This document shows, piece by piece, positions 58,581 through 64,000 of a stretch of DNA of 64,000 nt. Origin of the DNA: Minisyncoccia bacterium (GTDB lineage Bacteria; Patescibacteriota; Minisyncoccia; 2-02-FULL-40-12; IGHO2-01-FULL-4-A); contig JBEKBN010000005.1 of NCBI GenBank assembly GCA_050015375.1, positions 1,858 through 65,857 of the forward strand. The letters are read 5' to 3'. Each line of letters opens with the position of its first letter. Position 1 is the first letter of the stretch. A program made the translations under genes and the position numbers. The notes under the pieces are model-generated. The model did not search any database. It saw only the letters and a list, made by a program, of their open reading frames with translations, and was not told the DNA's origin.

Positions 58581-58722
58581 TTTTTTACAAGTTTTTCACG
58601 GTTCGATCCCGTAGCCCGGCATACCATAGCCGGGCTTCCTTTTTAATCATATCTTCTTTTGCCGGAGAGCATATTTATAACTGGTTATTGCTCTGATTCA
58701 TATAGTTTGATATTATTGAAAT

Positions 58723-58930
58723 GCAGTGGCGTTAGTGTTAGATTGACGCCGTTGCGGAGTAGGCGTTACCCGCGAGAACTGGGAGAAAAAAGGGAGAATT
58801 GCCTATGAATGCGTTTAACAGCTTTACGGTGGAGTTCATCGCCTAGGATCGCTATCCAGTAAGGATGATGAAATTTCCAAGTCCGCACGCCGGCCTACAA
58901 TATTCGGTGTGCGGCCCGCCATCATCGCTC
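58723..58930 (+). ncRNA. candidate structured ncRNA, tandem copy 2
   Basis: Own TTGCTC-17-TATTAT promoter; shares CGGAGTAGG, TATGAATG, TACGGTGGAG, GTCCGCACGCCGGCC...CAATATTCGGTGTGCGGCCCGC. Confidence 0.6.
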
Positions 58931-59016
58931 TTTCATATATTTTCTTTCTTATTAAGGCCGAGACCAGTTCTCGGCTTTGCCTTTTTTATAATCTCATATT
59001 CTGATAAAATATCAAT

Positions 59017-60405
59017 ATGATATACAACTCGGAAATTTTCAGGGCATACGATATCAGGGGAATTTATGACAGGGATTTTGATGATGAATTCGCGGTCGCA
59101 TTGGGCAAGGCGGCGGTAGAATATTTCAAAGCCGGGAAAATTCTGGTTGGCCATGATAGCCGGGCATCATCGCTGGCTTTGGCCGGAAAATTATCCGAAA
59201 GTTTAACCGGTTTTGGCTGTGATGTGGCGAGTATCGGTCTGGTCACCACGCCGTTTTTCAATTTTGTCCTTTCCAGCATTAAGCCCGACGCCGGCATCAT
59301 GGTTACCGCTTCGCACAACCCGACCGAATACGGCGGTTTCAAGATCTACGACGGTTCGGGAACAATAATTGGCCTGACAGCGGGGCTTGGCGAGATAAAA
59401 AAGATAATTGATCCCGTTAGAGACCTCGCCCGCGCTGGCGCGCCCGGAGGGCCTATGGGGCGGGCTGTCTCTAACGGGGTTGATTCCGGAAATTTTAAAA
59501 CCGCCGACAAAAAGGGCGAATATTTAAAAGTTCCCGTGGCAGAACTCCTGCAAAAATACACAAACCGTATCGTTACCGGTTCAAAGTTGAGGAAAGGTGA
59601 GCTCAGCAATCTCAAATTTAATATCACCGGCCGGAAAAGTGTTATGGCCGAAGTCGAGTTGATACTGAAGAAATTGGATTTGCGATTGACACCCAACGGC
59701 TTTGACATCGCTTTTTCTTTTGACGAGGATTCGGACCGTTTGATAGTCATGGATTCCGCCGGCAACAAGATAGGCACCGATTTCGTCGTCGGTTTGTTGG
59801 CGAAAAATTCGGTCAGGTTCTTGTCAAAACCGAAAGTCGTCTACGATGTCCATTTTTCCAAAGGCGTCATCGGCAAATTCAAAGAGTGGGGGATAAAGTC
59901 ATACAGATCAAAAGTCGGCCGGTTCTATCTTCGCGATGCCATGGTAAAACACCGCGCCGATATCGGCGGCGAGATCTCCGGCCATATCTATTTCAAAGAA
60001 AATAACCGCAATGAATTGCCGCTTCTGGCTTTGTTGCGGCTTTTGAGAATTTTAGCCGCCAGTAAAATGAGCATCAACGAAATGATTAAGCCATTCCAGA
60101 CATGGTTCAGTTCCGGCCGGCTGGATTTCAGGGTCAACAATCTGCAGACCGCCAGAGAATTAATAAAAAAAATCGCGGGCAAATATCCCGACGGCCAAAA
60201 GGACGAATTAGACGGCATTACCATCGAATACACCGACCCGGAAAAAATAGACAACCTGACGCCGGACAAATTTTGGTGGTTCAATCTCCGTGCTTCCAAC
60301 ACCGAACCGGTTCTCCGTCTCATCGTTGAGGCGAAAAACGCCGACTTATTGAAAGAAAAGGTCGGCGAGATCTCGCAAATTATTGAAGAAAAAAATGCCG
60401 CGTAG
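59017..60405 (+). CDS. phosphomannomutase/phosphoglucomutase
   Basis: FRAYDIRG, TASHNP, FDEDSDR, GGEISGH, RASNTEP. Confidence 0.92.
   Translation: MIYNSEIFRAYDIRGIYDRDFDDEFAVALGKAAVEYFKAGKILVGHDSRASSLALAGKLSESLTGFGCDVASIGLVTTPFFNFVLSSIKPDAGIMVTASHNPTEYGGFKIYDGSGTIIGLTAGLGEIKKIIDPVRDLARAGAPGGPMGRAVSNGVDSGNFKTADKKGEYLKVPVAELLQKYTNRIVTGSKLRKGELSNLKFNITGRKSVMAEVELILKKLDLRLTPNGFDIAFSFDEDSDRLIVMDSAGNKIGTDFVVGLLAKNSVRFLSKPKVVYDVHFSKGVIGKFKEWGIKSYRSKVGRFYLRDAMVKHRADIGGEISGHIYFKENNRNELPLLALLRLLRILAASKMSINEMIKPFQTWFSSGRLDFRVNNLQTARELIKKIAGKYPDGQKDELDGITIEYTDPEKIDNLTPDKFWWFNLRASNTEPVLRLIVEAKNADLLKEKVGEISQIIEEKNAA
59412..59479. mobile_element. family A element in frame in PMM, TSD TTGA
   Basis: TCCCGTTAGAGAC...GTCTCTAACGGGG; 68+4=72 nt. 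Confidence 0.85.
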
Positions 60406-60406
60406 A

Positions 60407-60610
60407 TCACACGGCACGAGGGAGTTCAATTCCCCAATCATGAGCTATTTTATCTAATATGATTCTATCGTCAGGATCGGGATGTTCAAAATGTTTGAGA
60501 ATTGATTCCTCATCGTCAACTTCATCGAACAGAAAGCAAGATTCGTCGAAAATGAACGAAAAGAGAAACGCAATAACTCCACCACCCAAAAAAATTTTAA
60601 GAAAGAGCAT
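60407..60610 (-). CDS. small hypothetical protein
   Basis: 67 aa, 8 nt after the trpS stop, N-terminal hydrophobic stretch. Confidence 0.45.
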   Translation of the reverse strand: MLFLKIFLGGGVIAFLFSFIFDESCFLFDEVDDEESILKHFEHPDPDDRIILDKIAHDWGIELPRAV

Positions 60611-60618
60611 AGTCCCTC

Positions 60619-61596
60619 CTACAGCCCCATTTTGGCCTTAATTTCAGCCATATTTGAAGTAGCTATTTCCTTGGCCTTATTTTCACTCTTGGTGAGGATT
60701 TTGTCAACTTCAGGCAAGTCATCTTCAAATTTTTTCCGTCTTTTCTGAAACGGTGTCAAAAAATCGACTACCATTTCCGCCAGGTCATTTTTGAAATCAA
60801 CATATGTTTTTCCGGCGAACTCATCCTCAAGTTTTTTCACGGGCTTTCCAGCAAGAAGGGAATAGATGGTTAATAAATTTGAAATCGCCGGTTTTTTCTC
60901 TTCATCGAAAATTATTTCTTTCCCCGAATCAGTTACGGCTTTTTTTATTTTGGCGCGGATGACATCGGGCTCATCGGTCAGAGCAATGCCTTCATCATTG
61001 GTTTTTGACATTTTCTTTGTCGGTTCCTGAAGCGACATGATCCTGGCGCCGGTATTGACATGGGCTTTCACATTCGGAAATACATCGCCGAACATTGAGT
61101 TGAATTTATGGCCAATTTCGTTTGTTAGATCAATGTGAGGCAGTTGGTCTTCACCAACCGGTACCATATTCGATTTATAGATTAAAATATCTGCCGCCAT
61201 CAAAACCGGATAATCAAGCAAACCCATGTGATTATATTTTCCCGCTTGCTCAAGTTTTTCCCGATAAGTTGGCAATCTGTCCAGCCAGCTGACTGGTGTG
61301 ATTGTATTGAAAAGCCAAGCAAGCTCGGTGTGCTCGGGGATTTTTGACTGGCGGATGAGAAGCGATTTCTCCGGATTGATTCCGGCGGCTAGATAATCTA
61401 AAACCACATCCATGACTTGCTGATGGTATGTTTTTGGGTCGTAAGGCGTGGTAATGCCATGCAAATCAACCACGCCATAAATCGCCCGTTCGGTCTCTGG
61501 GTCGTCCTGCAATGCTATCCAGTTCTTTATCGCCCCCAAATAATTGCCCAGATGCAATTTCCCCGACGGCCGGATGCCACTGAATATGCGGTTCAT
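60619..61596 (-). CDS. trpS: tryptophanyl-tRNA synthetase
   Basis: SGIRPSGKLHLGNYLGA, YPVLMAADIL, VPVGEDQ, KMSK. Confidence 0.97.
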   Translation of the reverse strand: MNRIFSGIRPSGKLHLGNYLGAIKNWIALQDDPETERAIYGVVDLHGITTPYDPKTYHQQVMDVVLDYLAAGINPEKSLLIRQSKIPEHTELAWLFNTITPVSWLDRLPTYREKLEQAGKYNHMGLLDYPVLMAADILIYKSNMVPVGEDQLPHIDLTNEIGHKFNSMFGDVFPNVKAHVNTGARIMSLQEPTKKMSKTNDEGIALTDEPDVIRAKIKKAVTDSGKEIIFDEEKKPAISNLLTIYSLLAGKPVKKLEDEFAGKTYVDFKNDLAEMVVDFLTPFQKRRKKFEDDLPEVDKILTKSENKAKEIATSNMAEIKAKMGL

Positions 61597-61685
61597 ATAT
61601 CAAGAATACAATAATTTGTTCAAAATATAAACTATTGACAAGTAATTGCTAATGATATACTATTCTCTGAAAGGAGAGATAACCC

Positions 61686-62102
61686 ATGAGAACCTTAAAA
61701 ACAGTCGTGTTTTTAGTGGTTTTGCTTTTAACTTTTTCGGCGTGTTCCGGGTCGGTCAGTGTTTCAAGCGTTCCATCTGACAAAGACCAGGAAGTCGAAA
61801 AAACGGTAGGGGAATTTGTCGCATACGGCTATGTCCGGTCGGTTTGGACGCTGGACCACAAGATAGGTAGTATCACGAATTATCGGCACATGGTTGTTGC
61901 ATTCGAAGGCGACGACCACCGATTATTTCAAATTACATTTTTTTCACTGGAGCCAGTTCTTTGGCAAGGTTTGCATGCCAAAATCAGATACAAATTATCC
62001 GGAAAAAACGAGCCGAACGCTTATGTTTCTAATAAAGTGGGATATTGCGTATCCTATGGAACCGATCTTTATGACTTGATTTCAGTAGAGCGAATCCGTT
62101 AA
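61686..62102 (+). CDS. putative lipoprotein
   Basis: Lipobox-like FSAC, AAGGAG RBS, TTGACA..TATACT promoter. Confidence 0.7.
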   Translation: MRTLKTVVFLVVLLLTFSACSGSVSVSSVPSDKDQEVEKTVGEFVAYGYVRSVWTLDHKIGSITNYRHMVVAFEGDDHRLFQITFFSLEPVLWQGLHAKIRYKLSGKNEPNAYVSNKVGYCVSYGTDLYDLISVERIR

Positions 62103-62219
62103 TATCTCATCCATTTTTCACCGAGTTTGCACCGAGGCGCCCCCCGCGCCTCTTTTTTTTGCAAATATTTTGCGGTCGTGATATCCTTTTGATGACAAAA
62201 TTGTTCTTTGGAGGTGAAT

Positions 62220-62567
62220 ATGGCAGGGGAGAGGTATTGCACGTATGACGGCGGAGAGCTTCTATTTCGCCAATTTCTCGGTAGTATTCGCGTATTTATT
62301 TGCAGAAAATGTAGGCAGGTTTTTTTTGCGGAAACAGCAGAACATAGAGCAAAAATGGGCGTGGCCGATTCGAGCGAATGCGAGAAAGCCAAACGGGAAA
62401 AGCTGGAAAAAGATTTGGAGCAATCAATCGGAAAAACCCAGACCATGGCTCGGGAACACGAACTTTTAAAAAAACGGGTTAACGAATTGGAAGAAAAGTT
62501 GGGCGACGAAGATTTCAGAAGAATGGGTGGAGTGTCTTTTCCTCCCCCTGAAAATCAAGGTACCTAA
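62220..62567 (+). CDS. hypothetical protein (Zn ribbon-like + coiled coil)
   Basis: CTYD...CRKC, GGAGGTG RBS. Confidence 0.65.
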   Translation: MAGERYCTYDGGELLFRQFLGSIRVFICRKCRQVFFAETAEHRAKMGVADSSECEKAKREKLEKDLEQSIGKTQTMAREHELLKKRVNELEEKLGDEDFRRMGGVSFPPPENQGT

Positions 62568-62615
62568 CAAGACAATTATCGCAAACATCACGAGGCGGAA
62601 ACGCCTCTTTTTTAA

Positions 62616-62651
62616 TACTACGAAATTACGAATTAGTACGAATATACGAAT
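62616..62651. repeat. solo copy of the GxxExxY-cassette TACGAA terminal repeat
   Basis: TACTACGAAATTACGAATTAGTACGAATATACGAAT. Confidence 0.8.
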
Positions 62652-62656
62652 CCCTG

Positions 62657-62859
62657 AGCGAGCCCCTCAATCCATGCGAGTCCCGGTCTCTCTGGGCACG
62701 CTCAAAAGAGTGGATTGCACGGTTTGCGAGCAGTATAATGTCGGCGTGAGCCACTGCGAGCAAAATCCACGCTTTTAAGTGAACGGTAAAACTCGCTGGG
62801 TTTTGGAGTGGTGACCAGAGAGACCGGGACGAGCCCAGGTTGAGGATTAAGGGCTCGCG
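62657..62859 (-). repeat. structured repeat family C, copy after rnj
   Basis: Minus strand AATCCTCAACCTGGGCTC...AAAAC-CCAGCGA-GTTTT...TCGCATGGATT. Confidence 0.8.
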
Positions 62860-64000
62860 CTAGACTTCAATGACCACCGGCAGAACCATCGGACGCCGTT
62901 CTGTCTTTTGGAACAGGAACAGTCCGATTTCGTCGCGGAGAATGTCTTTCAGGTCAACCCAGTTTATCGGATGGGTGGCTTTTTTCTCGACGATGAATTT
63001 AATTTTCTTGCGGACCGTAGCCAGAAGTTCCTTGTTCTCTTTCAAATAAACGAACCCGCGGGAAATGATATCCGGACTGCCGCGGACCTTGCCGGTTTTG
63101 CCATCAATGAGCGTGATAAGAACGAACATGCCATCTTCAGCCAAAACTTGCCGGTCGCGCAAAACCACATTGCCGATATCGCCAATGCCAAGGCCGTCAA
63201 CCATGATATTATCCGACGGCGCGGTTCTTTTGTCGAAAAACCAACTTCCCGAATTCCGGACCTCCGGTTTCGGATCGTCAATGTGGATTATCGAACCGTT
63301 GTCGGCGATTATCATGCTTGAATCGGGCATGCCTTCTTTGAGCCCCAGATAACTGTGGTTGACCATCATTGAGTAGTAGCCGTGGATCGGCATCAAAAAT
63401 TTCGGCCGTATCAAGGTAATTATTTTCCGCAAGTCCTCCTGCTGGGCGTGGCCCGACGCGTGAATATCCATCAAACCCGAGTGGTAGACCTTCGCACCCA
63501 TCCGATAGAGTAAATCCTTCAGCCGCTGGACGGTTCTTTCGTTGCCGGGAATGACCGATGACGAGAACACGACCGAATCGGTTTTTTTCAATCGGATATA
63601 TTTGTGTTCACCCGATGCGATGCGCATCAGAACGGCCCGGTCTTCGCCTTGGGCGCCGGTGCCGATGACGGTCACATTCTGGTCGGGATAATTGTCTATC
63701 TGGTCAATGGGTATTTGAGTATTTTTTGAAATGTGTAATTGTCCGGATTCTTTGGCGAATTCAACATTACTTTTCAAACTGAATCCGTCAAATGCCACTT
63801 TGCGGTTATATTTTTCCGACAAAGTGATAAGTTGTTGGACGCGGTTCAAAAGGGAAGAGAAGGTAGCGGTGATGATCCGGCCTTTGGCTTCTTTGAAAAT
63901 TATTTCCAAATTATCTTGGATCAACCTTTCGGAAATGGTTGAGCCCTCTTTTTCGGCGCCGGTCGAATCCGACATCAAGACGCTGACGCCGCGATCGCCG
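62860..64000 (-). CDS. rnj: ribonuclease J (5' part outside window)
   Basis: SDST, TGAQGE, IPGNE, HASGH, PIHG, RRPMVLPV. Confidence 0.95.
   Translation of the reverse strand, partial: GDRGVSVLMSDSTGAEKEGSTISERLIQDNLEIIFKEAKGRIITATFSSLLNRVQQLITLSEKYNRKVAFDGFSLKSNVEFAKESGQLHISKNTQIPIDQIDNYPDQNVTVIGTGAQGEDRAVLMRIASGEHKYIRLKKTDSVVFSSSVIPGNERTVQRLKDLLYRMGAKVYHSGLMDIHASGHAQQEDLRKIITLIRPKFLMPIHGYYSMMVNHSYLGLKEGMPDSSMIIADNGSIIHIDDPKPEVRNSGSWFFDKRTAPSDNIMVDGLGIGDIGNVVLRDRQVLAEDGMFVLITLIDGKTGKVRGSPDIISRGFVYLKENKELLATVRKKIKFIVEKKATHPINWVDLKDILRDEIGLFLFQKTERRPMVLPVVIEV

Noticed and set aside
1-64000. Alternative genetic code (TGA=Gly, as in Gracilibacteria/Absconditabacteria)
   Set aside because: Conserved genes such as rpsG, pilM and fba end at TGA at their expected lengths and show no internal TGA

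Overview
The window looks like the chromosome of a Patescibacteria/CPR (Parcubacteria-like) bacterium using standard code 11. This is inferred from gene content and style, not from a search. It carries rbfA (partial), 4 tRNAs, a type IV pilus/competence cluster (comF, pilMNO, pilB, pilT, pilC, pilins, pilD), ligA, gatCA, comEC, ndk, rpmB, rpsL-rpsG-fusA, redox genes, pentose/sugar-phosphate genes, ychF, a phosphomannomutase, trpS and rnj (partial). Main unexplained signals: (1) an accessory island at about 14.8-22.4 kb with two radical SAM/SPASM + Cys-rich peptide + HExxH-protein modules, including an unannotated 58-aa Cys/Asp peptide with five CX3D motifs (candidate RiPP system); (2) candidate structured ncRNAs: a tandem promoter-driven pair at 58.3-58.9 kb, an ORF-poor region of about 800 nt at 53.2-54.0 kb, a six-copy family with an invariant CC(A/T)GCGA loop, and two tRNA-anchored covarying elements; (3) palindromic MITE-like elements that insert in frame in genes, duplicate prepilin cleavage motifs or regenerate start codons; (4) single-gene nuclease-fold cassettes bounded by repeats. 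All calls come from reading motifs by eye; no database searches or folding programs were run.
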